From IMG/VR virus record IMGVR_UViG_2778261657_000007: DNA of 7,256 bases; one strand, 5' to 3'. This document shows, piece by piece, positions 1 to 7,037 of this stretch (positions within the stretch are counted from its first letter, which is position 1; each line of letters starts with the position of its first letter). This DNA is from a virus (lineage: Duplodnaviria; Heunggongvirae; Uroviricota; Caudoviricetes). The notes beneath the pieces were generated by a model, which saw only the letters and a program-made list of their open reading frames with translations, was not told the DNA's origin and did not search any database. Made by a program: the position numbers and the translations under genes.

Positions 1-594
1 ATGCTTATTGGCTATGTCCGCGTATCAACAAATGACCAGAACACGGAATTGCAGCGTAACGCGCTGGAATGCGCGGGATGTGAGCGGATTTTTGAGGACA
101 AAATCAGCGGCACGAAGTCCGACAGGCCGGGACTGAAAAAACTGCTCAGGACATTATCGGAGGGGGATACACTGGTAGTCTGGAAGCTGGACCGGCTGGG
201 GCGTAGTATGCGGCATCTGGTCATTCTGGTTGAGGAACTGCGCGAACGTGGCATTAATTTTCGCAGCCTGACGGATGCTATTGATACCAGCACGCCGATG
301 GGGCGTTTTTTCTTTCATGTGATGGGTGCCCTGGCTGAAATGGAGCGAGAACTCATTGTCGAGCGGACACGCGCCGGACTGGAAGCGGCCAGAGCCAAAG
401 GTCGTATTGGTGGCAGACGTCCGAAACTCACCGCGAGTGAGTGGGAGCAGGTCGGACGGTTGCTGGCTGCGGGGGAATCTCGTCAACGCGTGGCGCTGAT
501 TTTTGATATTGGCCTGTCCACGCTCTATAAAAAATTCCCCTCATCAGCGACAAAGAATAAATTGTGTCATCCCTTAGCCAACCGGGACAAATAG
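1..594 (+). CDS. Serine DNA invertase (Hin/Gin/Pin/Cin family site-specific recombinase)
   Basis: 197-aa ORF beginning exactly at window position 1. N-terminus MLIGYVRVSTNDQ carries the resolvase/invertase catalytic serine (Ser9, codon 25-27), followed by conserved GDTLVVWKLDRLGRS and SLTDAIDTSTPMGRFFFHVMGALAEMERELIVERT blocks and a C-terminal helix-turn-helix (GESRQRVALIFDIGLSTLYKK). Length is typical of invertases (about 190 aa). Its own RBS, promoter and the flanking recombination site are upstream of the window and unseen. Confidence 0.93.
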   Translation: MLIGYVRVSTNDQNTELQRNALECAGCERIFEDKISGTKSDRPGLKKLLRTLSEGDTLVVWKLDRLGRSMRHLVILVEELRERGINFRSLTDAIDTSTPMGRFFFHVMGALAEMERELIVERTRAGLEAARAKGRIGGRRPKLTASEWEQVGRLLAAGESRQRVALIFDIGLSTLYKKFPSSATKNKLCHPLANRDK

Positions 595-653
595 CCTGAC
601 ATCTCCGGCACAACTGAAAATACCACTCACCCATTAACCACGGAGTTAAACGG
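560..653 (+). promoter_or_regulatory. Putative Ogr-dependent late promoter region for the FI-FII-E-T-U-D operon (position inferred, motif not confirmed)
   Basis: Only 59 bp separate the invertase stop (594) from the FI start (654), so any promoter for the tail operon must overlap the invertase 3' end. An A-rich -10-like stretch (GAAAATA, about 616-622) and an imperfect dyad TTGT(562-565)...ACAA(587-590) are present, but the canonical P2 late-promoter element TGT-N12-ACA is not found with exact spacing. Confidence 0.25.
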
Positions 654-1844
654 ATGAGTGACTATCATCACGGCGTGCAGGTGCTGGAGATTAACGACGG
701 CACCCGCGTCATTTCCACCGTATCCACTGCCATTGTCGGCATGGTCTGCACGGCCAGCGATGCGGATGCGGAAACCTTCCCCCTCAATAAACCGGTGCTG
801 ATTACCAATGTGCAGAGCGCAATTGCAAAGGCCGGTAAAAAAGGCACGCTGGCGGCATCGTTGCAGGCTATCGCCGACCAGTCAAAACCGGTCACCGTTG
901 TTGTGCGCGTGGAGGACGGCACCGGCGACGACGAGGAAACGAAACTCGCGCAGACCGTTTCCAATATCATCGGCACCACCGACGAAAACGGTCAGTACAC
1001 CGGACTGAAAGCCCTGCTGGCGGCGGAGTCGGTAACTGGTGTTAAACCGCGTATTCTCGGCGTGCCGGGACTGGACACCAAAGAGGTGGCTGTTGCACTG
1101 GCATCAGTCTGTCAGAAGCTGCGCGCTTTCGGGTATATCAGCGCATGGGGCTGTAAAACCATTTCCGAGGTGAAAGCTTACCGCCAGAATTTCAGCCAGC
1201 GTGAGCTGATGGTCATCTGGCCGGATTTCCTCGCATGGGATACGGTCACCAGTACCACCGCCACCGCGTATGCCACCGCCCGTGCGCTGGGTCTGCGTGC
1301 CAAAATCGACCAGGAGCAGGGCTGGCATAAAACGCTGTCCAACGTCGGGGTGAACGGTGTTACCGGCATCAGCGCCTCTGTATTCTGGGATTTGCAGGAG
1401 TCCGGCACCGATGCTGACCTGCTTAACGAGTCAGGCGTCACAACACTGATTCGCCGTGACGGTTTCCGCTTCTGGGGTAACCATACCTGCTCTGATGACC
1501 CGCTGTTCCTCTTTGAAAACTACACCCGCACCGCGCAGGTGCTGGCCGACACGATGGCTGAGGCGCACATGTGGGCGGTGGACAAGCCCATCACCGCAAC
1601 GCTGATTCGCGACATCGTTGACGGCATCAATGCCAAATTCCGTGAGCTGAAAACAAACGGCTATATCGTGGATGCGACCTGCTGGTTCAGCGAAGAATCC
1701 AACGATGCGGAAACCCTCAAGGCCGGAAAACTGTATATCGACTACGACTATACCCCGGTGCCTCCTCTCGAAAACCTGACCCTGCGCCAGCGTATTACCG
1801 ATAAATACCTGGCGAATCTGGTCACCTCGGTTAACAGCAATTAA
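654..1844 (+). CDS. FI: Contractile tail sheath protein (P2 gpFI-like)
   Basis: 396-aa ORF, the length of P2 gpFI; N-terminus MSDYHHGVQVLEINDGTRVISTVSTA is sheath-like; GGAG Shine-Dalgarno at 642-645, 8 nt before the ATG; first gene of the conserved FI-FII-E-T-U-D order. Confidence 0.93.
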   Translation: MSDYHHGVQVLEINDGTRVISTVSTAIVGMVCTASDADAETFPLNKPVLITNVQSAIAKAGKKGTLAASLQAIADQSKPVTVVVRVEDGTGDDEETKLAQTVSNIIGTTDENGQYTGLKALLAAESVTGVKPRILGVPGLDTKEVAVALASVCQKLRAFGYISAWGCKTISEVKAYRQNFSQRELMVIWPDFLAWDTVTSTTATAYATARALGLRAKIDQEQGWHKTLSNVGVNGVTGISASVFWDLQESGTDADLLNESGVTTLIRRDGFRFWGNHTCSDDPLFLFENYTRTAQVLADTMAEAHMWAVDKPITATLIRDIVDGINAKFRELKTNGYIVDATCWFSEESNDAETLKAGKLYIDYDYTPVPPLENLTLRQRITDKYLANLVTSVNSN

Positions 1845-1856
1845 GGAGCCTGACCG

Positions 1857-2375
1857 ATGGCAATGCCGCGCAAACTCAAGTTAATGAACGTCTTTCTGAA
1901 CGGCTACAGCTATCAGGGCGTCGCAAAGTCCGTCACGCTGCCAAAACTGACCCGTAAGCTCGAAAACTATCGCGGTGCGGGGATGAACGGCAGCGCCCCG
2001 GTAGACCTCGGCCTTGATGATGATGCGCTGTCAATGGAGTGGTCGCTCGGTGGCTTCCCGGATTCGGTTATCTGGGAACTTTACGCTGCAACTGGTGTGG
2101 ATGCCGTGCCGATTCGTTTTGCAGGCTCTTACCAGCGTGACGATACCGGCGAAACGGTGGCCGTTGAAGTGGTCATGCGTGGACGTCAGAAAGAAATCGA
2201 CACCGGTGAGGGTAAACAGGGAGAAGACACCGAGTCGAAAATCTCCGTGGTCTGCACCTATTTCCGGCTGACGATGGACGGTAAGGAGCTGGTCGAAATT
2301 GACACCATCAACATGATTGAGAAGGTGAACGGCGTCGACCGGCTGGAGCAACACCGCCGCAATATCGGCCTGTGA
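1857..2375 (+). CDS. FII: Tail tube protein (P2 gpFII-like)
   Basis: 172-aa ORF (P2 gpFII length) immediately after the sheath gene; strong SD AAGGAG at 1843-1848 overlapping the FI stop codon; N-terminus MAMPRKLKLMNVFLNGYSYQG typical of myovirus tube proteins. Confidence 0.92.
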   Translation: MAMPRKLKLMNVFLNGYSYQGVAKSVTLPKLTRKLENYRGAGMNGSAPVDLGLDDDALSMEWSLGGFPDSVIWELYAATGVDAVPIRFAGSYQRDDTGETVAVEVVMRGRQKEIDTGEGKQGEDTESKISVVCTYFRLTMDGKELVEIDTINMIEKVNGVDRLEQHRRNIGL

Positions 2376-2382
2376 TTTTCAT

Positions 2383-2403
2383 CCGGTCAGCCTGGCTGAC
2401 CGG
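2383..2403. repeat. Perfect inverted repeat (10-bp arms, 1-nt centre) in the FII-E intergenic region; candidate RNA stem-loop
   Basis: ccggtcagcc-t-ggctgaccgg read directly from the sequence, starting 8 nt after the FII stop. It is not followed by a U-run (next bases ttaaccctgattc), so it is not a canonical intrinsic terminator. Confidence 0.6.
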
Positions 2404-2431
2404 TTAACCCTGATTCAGAAGTGAGAAAACC

Positions 2432-2707
2432 ATGAACAAAGAAAATGTCATTACCCTGGACAATCCGGTCAAACGTGGTGAGCAGGTTATCGAACAGGTC
2501 ACGCTGATGAAACCCAATGCCGGGACGCTACGCGGTGTCAGTCTGGCTGCGGTCGCGAACTCCGAAGTCGATGCACTGATTAAGGTGCTGCCGCGCATGA
2601 CGGCACCGATGCTGACCGAGCAGGAGGTCGCCGCACTGGAACTGCCTGACCTTGTGGCGCTGGCCGGTAAGGTGGTCGGTTTTTTGTCGCCGAACTCGGT
2701 GCAGTGA
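2432..2707 (+). CDS. E: Tail assembly chaperone gpE (zero-frame product)
   Basis: 91-aa ORF (P2 gpE length) located between the tube and tape-measure genes, the conserved position of the tail chaperone; ends ...KVVGFLSPNSVQ with stop at 2705-2707; weak purine-rich SD (gtgagaaaa, 2421-2429). Confidence 0.88.
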   Translation: MNKENVITLDNPVKRGEQVIEQVTLMKPNAGTLRGVSLAAVANSEVDALIKVLPRMTAPMLTEQEVAALELPDLVALAGKVVGFLSPNSVQ

Positions 2708-2859
2708 CGTTTCCGAAAAATCTCTCGGTCGATGACCTGATGGCGGATGTGGCAGTGGTATTTCACTGGCCGCCATCAGAACTGTATCCCATGAGCCTGA
2801 CCGAACTCATCACATGGCGCGAAAAGGCGCTCAGGCGAAGCGGAAACACGAATGAGTAA
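2432..2859 (+). CDS. E+E': Tail assembly chaperone E+E' made by programmed -1 ribosomal frameshift (predicted 142 aa)
   Basis: Slippery heptamer T_TTT_TTG at 2680-2686 in the E frame. Manual translation of the -1 frame from 2686 gives an open frame, VAELGAVTFPKNLSVDDLMADVAVVFHWPPSELYPMSLTELITWREKALRRSGNTNE, stopping at TAA 2857-2859 and overlapping the T start. Predicted fusion is 85 + 57 = 142 aa, the size of P2 E+E'. Confidence 0.8.
2680..2686 (+). promoter_or_regulatory. -1 frameshift slippery site (TTTTTTG) for E/E' recoding
   Basis: Heptamer of the X_XXY_YYZ form in the E reading frame (codons TTT 2681-2683, TTG 2684-2686); the same heptamer is used in the P2 FETUD operon. Confidence 0.75.
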
Positions 2860-5299
2860 CAATGTAAAATTACAGGTATTGCTCAGGGCTGTTGACCAGG
2901 CATCCCGCCCGTTTAAATCCATCCGCACAGCGAGTAAGTCGCTGTCGGGGGATATCCGGGAAACACAAAAATCACTGCGCGAGCTGAACGGTCAGGCATC
3001 CCGTATTGAGGGATTCCGCAAGACCAGTGCACAGCTTGCCGTGACTGGTCATGCACTTGAAAAGGCACGGCAGGAGGCCGAAGCCCTTGCCACACAGTTT
3101 AAAAACACTGAACGTCCGACCCGTGCTCAGGCGAAAGTGCTGGAATCCGCAAAGCGTGCGGCGGAGGACTTACAGGCGAAATATAACCGCCTGACGGATT
3201 CCGTTAAACGCCAGCAGCGGGAACTGGCCGTTGTGGGAATTAATACCCGCAATCTTGCACATGATGAGCAGGGACTGAAAAACCGTATCAGTGAAACCAC
3301 CGCACAGCTTAACCGTCAGCGTGACGCGCTGGCGCGTGTCAGTGCGCAACAGGCAAAACTTAACGCAGTAAAACAGCGTTATCAGGCAGGCAAGGAACTG
3401 GCCGGAAATATGGCCTCAGTGGGTGCTGCCGGTGTGGGGATTGCGGCGGCGGGAACGATGGCCGGAGTTAAGTTGCTGATGCCCGGTTATGAGTTTGCGC
3501 AGAAAAACTCAGAATTGCAGGCCGTGCTCGGAGTGGCAAAAGACTCCGCCGAAATGACCGCACTACGCAAACAGGCGCGCCAGCTCGGCGACAATACCGC
3601 CGCCTCGGCGGATGATGCGGCCGGTGCACAGATAATCATCGCGAAAGCGGGTGGGGATGTTGATGCCATTCAGGCGGCAACGCCGGTCACGCTGAATATG
3701 GCGCTGGCGAACCGCCGCACGATGGAAGAAAACGCCGCCCTGCTGATGGGGATGAAATCCGCCTTTCAGCTTTCAAACGATAAGGTCGCTCATATCGGGG
3801 ATGTTCTCTCCATGACGATGAACAAAACCGCCGCCGATTTTGACGGCATGAGCGATGCGCTGACCTATGCCGCACCTGTGGCAAAAAATGCCGGTGTCAG
3901 CATTGAAGAAACCGCCGCAATGGTCGGGGCGCTGCATGATGCAAAAATCACAGGCTCAATGGCGGGGACGGGAAGCCGTGCCGTGTTAAGCCGCCTGCAG
4001 GCACCGACGGGAAAAGCATGGGATGCACTTAAAGAGCTTGGAGTGAAAACCTCAGACAGCAAGGGAAACACCCGACCAGTATTTACCATTCTGAAAGAAA
4101 TGCAGGCCAGTTTTGAGAAAAACCGGCTCGGTACTGCCCAGCAGGCTGAATACATGAAAACTATTTTCGGGGAGGAGGCCAGCTCAGCCGCCGCCGTGCT
4201 GATGACTGCCGCCTCAACCGGAAAGCTGGACAAACTGACCGCTGCGTTTAAAGCCTCAGACGGAAAGACCGCAGAGCTGGTAAATATCATGCAGGACAAT
4301 CTCGGCGGTGACTTTAAGGAGTTTCAGTCCGCTTATGAGGCGGTGGGGACTGACCTGTTTGACCAGCAGGAAGGCGCGCTGCATAAGCTCACGCAGACGG
4401 CCACAAAGTATGTGCTAAAACTCGACGGCTGGATCAAGAAAAACAAATCACTGGCGTCAACCATCGGCATCATTGCCGGTGGCGCGCTGGCGCTGACTGG
4501 CATCATCGGTGCAATTGGTCTTGTAGCCTGGCCGGTTATCACCGGCATCAATGCCATCATCGCGGCAGCAGGCGCAATGGGGGCAGTCTTCACGACGGTT
4601 GGCAGTGCTGTTATGACCGCCATCGGGGCTATTAGCTGGCCGGTTGTGGCCGTGGTGGCCGCAATTGTCGCCGGGGCGTTGCTTATCCGTAAATACTGGG
4701 AGCCTGTCAGCGCATTCTTTGGCGGTGTGGTTGAAGGGCTGAAAGTGGCATTTGCGCCGGTGGGGGAACTGTTCACGCCACTTAAGCCGGTGTTTGACTG
4801 GCTGGGTGAAAAGTTACAGGCCGCGTGGCAGTGGTTTAAAAACCTGATTGCCCCGGTTAAAGCCACACAGGACACCCTGAACCGTTGCCGTGACACGGGG
4901 GTCATGTTCGGGCAGGCACTGGCTGACGCGCTGATGCTGCCGCTTAATACGTTCAACAAACTGCGCAGCGGTATTGACTGGGTACTGGAAAAACTCGGTG
5001 TTATCAACAAAGAGTCAGACACACTTGACCAGACCGCCGCCAGAACTCATGCCGCCACGTATGGCACCGGTGGTTATATTCCGGCGACCAGCTCTTATGC
5101 AGGTTATCAGGCTTATCAGCCGGTTACGGCACCGGCTGGCCGCTCTTATGTAGACCAGAGTAAAAACGAATATCACATCAGCCTGACGGGTGGTACTGCG
5201 CCGGGGACACAGCTTGACCGCCAGTTACAGGATGCGCTCGAAAAATACGAGCGGGATAAACGTGCGCGCGCCCGTGCCAGCATGATGCATGACGGTTAA
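2852..5299 (+). CDS. T: Tail tape measure protein (P2 gpT-like)
   Basis: 815-aa ORF (P2 gpT length) directly after the chaperone pair; N-terminal roughly 180 aa are rich in Q/R/K/E/A/L (coiled-coil-like); internal Gly/Ala/Ile-rich hydrophobic block (about 4455-4690); start overlaps the E' stop. Confidence 0.93.
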   Translation: MSNNVKLQVLLRAVDQASRPFKSIRTASKSLSGDIRETQKSLRELNGQASRIEGFRKTSAQLAVTGHALEKARQEAEALATQFKNTERPTRAQAKVLESAKRAAEDLQAKYNRLTDSVKRQQRELAVVGINTRNLAHDEQGLKNRISETTAQLNRQRDALARVSAQQAKLNAVKQRYQAGKELAGNMASVGAAGVGIAAAGTMAGVKLLMPGYEFAQKNSELQAVLGVAKDSAEMTALRKQARQLGDNTAASADDAAGAQIIIAKAGGDVDAIQAATPVTLNMALANRRTMEENAALLMGMKSAFQLSNDKVAHIGDVLSMTMNKTAADFDGMSDALTYAAPVAKNAGVSIEETAAMVGALHDAKITGSMAGTGSRAVLSRLQAPTGKAWDALKELGVKTSDSKGNTRPVFTILKEMQASFEKNRLGTAQQAEYMKTIFGEEASSAAAVLMTAASTGKLDKLTAAFKASDGKTAELVNIMQDNLGGDFKEFQSAYEAVGTDLFDQQEGALHKLTQTATKYVLKLDGWIKKNKSLASTIGIIAGGALALTGIIGAIGLVAWPVITGINAIIAAAGAMGAVFTTVGSAVMTAIGAISWPVVAVVAAIVAGALLIRKYWEPVSAFFGGVVEGLKVAFAPVGELFTPLKPVFDWLGEKLQAAWQWFKNLIAPVKATQDTLNRCRDTGVMFGQALADALMLPLNTFNKLRSGIDWVLEKLGVINKESDTLDQTAARTHAATYGTGGYIPATSSYAGYQAYQPVTAPAGRSYVDQSKNEYHISLTGGTAPGTQLDRQLQDALEKYERDKRARARASMMHDG

Positions 5300-5313
5300 G
5301 GAGGTGACGAAAA

Positions 5314-5793
5314 ATGATGCTCGCGTTAGGTATGTTTGTTTTTATGCGCCAGACGCTGCCACACCAGACCATGCAGCGTGAATCAGATTATCGCTGGCCG
5401 TCAAATTCCCGTATCGGTAAACGGGATGCCTACCAGTTTCTCGGTGTTGGCGAGGAAAACATGACGCTTGCCGGTGTGCTTTATCCCGAACTGACCGGCG
5501 GCAAGCTGACGATGACCACGCTCAGGATGATGGCTGAGGAAGGCCGGGCGTGGCCGTTGCTGGATGGCACCGGCATGATTTACGGCATGTATGTCATCAG
5601 CAGGGTGAGTGAAACAGGGAGTATTTTCTTTGCAGACGGCACACCCCGGAAAATTGATTTTACGCTGTCGCTCACCCGCGTTGATGAATCACTGGCCGCG
5701 CTTTATGGCGATATCGGTAAACAGGCGGAATCGCTCATCGGTAAGGCTGGCAGTATGGCGACCAGATTCACGGGTATGACGGGGGCGGGATAA
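5314..5793 (+). CDS. U: Tail protein gpU (P2 GpU family)
   Basis: 159-aa ORF (P2 gpU length) in the conserved position after T; strong SD AAGGAGGTGA at 5298-5307; tandem ATG at 5314 and 5317 (5314 taken). Confidence 0.88.
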   Translation: MMLALGMFVFMRQTLPHQTMQRESDYRWPSNSRIGKRDAYQFLGVGEENMTLAGVLYPELTGGKLTMTTLRMMAEEGRAWPLLDGTGMIYGMYVISRVSETGSIFFADGTPRKIDFTLSLTRVDESLAALYGDIGKQAESLIGKAGSMATRFTGMTGAG

Positions 5794-6956
5794 TGCTGGA
5801 TGCGCTGACATTTGATGCAGGCAGTACGCTGACGCCGGATTACATGCTGATGCTCGACAGCAGGGATATTACCGGCAATATCAGCGACCGTCTGATGAGC
5901 ATGACCCTGACCGATAACCGGGGCTTTGAGGCTGACCAGCTTGATATTGAACTGAACGATGCCGACGGGCAGGTCGAGCTGCCGATTCGTGGCGCTGTCC
6001 TGACGGTGTATATCGGCTGGAAAGGTTTTGCCCTGGTATGCAAAGGGAAATTTACCGTTGATGAGGTTGAACACAGGGGCGCGCCGGATGTGGTCACCAT
6101 CCGCGCCCGGAGTGCAGATTTTCGCGGGACGCTCAATTCCCGCCGGGAAGGCTCATGGCATGACACCACGCTCGGTGCGATTGTTGAGGCGATAGCCTCC
6201 CGTAACAGGCTGGAAGCCAGTGTCGCGCCGTCACTGGCCGGAATTAAAATCCCGCACATCGACCAGTCGCAGGAGTCTGATGCGAAATTCCTGACCCGTC
6301 TTGCAGAACGCAACGGCGGTGAGGTGTCGGTAAAAATGGGAAAACTGTTGTTTCTCAAAGCGGGGCAGGGGGTGACGGCCAGCGGTAAAAAAATCCCGCA
6401 GGTCACCATCACCCGCAGTGACGGCGACCGCCATCATTTTGCGATTGCTGACCGTGGAGCCTATACCGGCGTAACGGCAAAGTGGTTACACACCAAAGAC
6501 CCGAAGCCGCAAAAGCAGAAGGTAAAACTGAAACGCAAAAAGAAAGAGAAACACCTGCGCGCACTGGAGCACCCGAAAGCGAAACCAGTCACGCAGAAGA
6601 AAGCGCCAAAAGTACCGGAAGCGCGCGAAGGTGAATACATGGCCGGTGAGGCTGACAACGTTTTTGCACTGACCACGGTATATGCCACGAAAGCACAGGC
6701 CATGCGCGCCGCTCAGGCGAAGTGGGATAAACTGCAACGGGGTGTGGCGGAGTTCTCCATCAGCCTGGCTACCGGTCGGGCAGATATTTACACGGAAACA
6801 CCGGTTAAAGTGTCAGGCTTTAAGCGCGTCATAGACGAGCAGGACTGGACAATCACTAAGGTGACACATTTTCTGAATAATAGCGGCTTCACGACGTCCT
6901 TGGAGCTTGAGGTCAGGCTTTCTGATGTGGAGTACGAAACAGAAGATGATGAGTGA
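5793..6956 (+). CDS. D: Baseplate hub / late control gene D protein (P2 gpD-like)
   Basis: 387-aa ORF (P2 gpD length); start overlaps the U stop in TAATG (5791-5795), indicating translational coupling; last gene of the FETUD operon; carries an internal Lys-rich segment. Confidence 0.88.
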   Translation: MLDALTFDAGSTLTPDYMLMLDSRDITGNISDRLMSMTLTDNRGFEADQLDIELNDADGQVELPIRGAVLTVYIGWKGFALVCKGKFTVDEVEHRGAPDVVTIRARSADFRGTLNSRREGSWHDTTLGAIVEAIASRNRLEASVAPSLAGIKIPHIDQSQESDAKFLTRLAERNGGEVSVKMGKLLFLKAGQGVTASGKKIPQVTITRSDGDRHHFAIADRGAYTGVTAKWLHTKDPKPQKQKVKLKRKKKEKHLRALEHPKAKPVTQKKAPKVPEAREGEYMAGEADNVFALTTVYATKAQAMRAAQAKWDKLQRGVAEFSISLATGRADIYTETPVKVSGFKRVIDEQDWTITKVTHFLNNSGFTTSLELEVRLSDVEYETEDDE

Positions 6957-6974
6957 TGTTTTTATTTTATCTAT

Positions 6975-7003
6975 TTGTTTTATAAGGATAAATTAACTAA
7001 AAT
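6975..7003 (+). promoter_or_regulatory. Putative sigma-70 promoter for ogr (-35 TTGTTT 6975-6980, 17-bp spacer, -10 TAAAAT 6998-7003)
   Basis: Hexamers read directly from the sequence within an AT-rich island (6957-7010) between the D stop and the ogr start. Spacing is canonical and would give a 5' UTR of roughly 25-30 nt containing the ogr SD. Confidence 0.4.
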
Positions 7004-7037
7004 GGCACCATCAACAAAACCGGAAGAGGTGCTCGCG

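Noticed and set aside
808-1008. Small plus-strand alternative-frame ORFs inside FI (808-1008) and FII (2014-2271)
   Set aside because: Out-of-frame, Arg/Pro-rich translations nested in strongly supported structural genes, with no RBS.
4333-5022. 229-aa minus-strand ORF fully embedded in the tape measure gene
   Set aside because: It is antisense to the Gly/Ala-rich hydrophobic block of T, which mechanically yields a long open, Ala/Thr/Ser/Pro-rich frame. There is no RBS or promoter context, and the plus-strand gene is clearly the real one.
5840-6412. 190-aa minus-strand ORF inside gene D (also 5703-6074, spanning the U/D junction)
   Set aside because: Fully antisense to well-supported tail genes, low-complexity Ser/Arg/Pro-rich translation, no start context. 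Typical GC-rich antisense artefact.
6461-6737. Two overlapping minus-strand ORFs (80 and 83 aa) rich in Phe, Leu and Cys
   Set aside because: They are the reverse complement of the Lys-rich (AAA/AAG) segment of D, so the Phe/Leu runs are a composition artefact rather than a small membrane protein.
6957-6990. Possible intrinsic terminator after gene D (T-rich run tgtttttatttta)
   Set aside because: No GC-rich hairpin precedes the T-run, so this is better explained as the AT-rich ogr promoter region than a rho-independent terminator.
6975-7037. N-terminal 21-codon extension of ogr (six-frame ORF starting at 6975)
   Set aside because: The extension has no Shine-Dalgarno, overlaps the AT-rich putative promoter, and would make the protein longer than the 72-aa Ogr family size. 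The ATG at 7038 has a good RBS.
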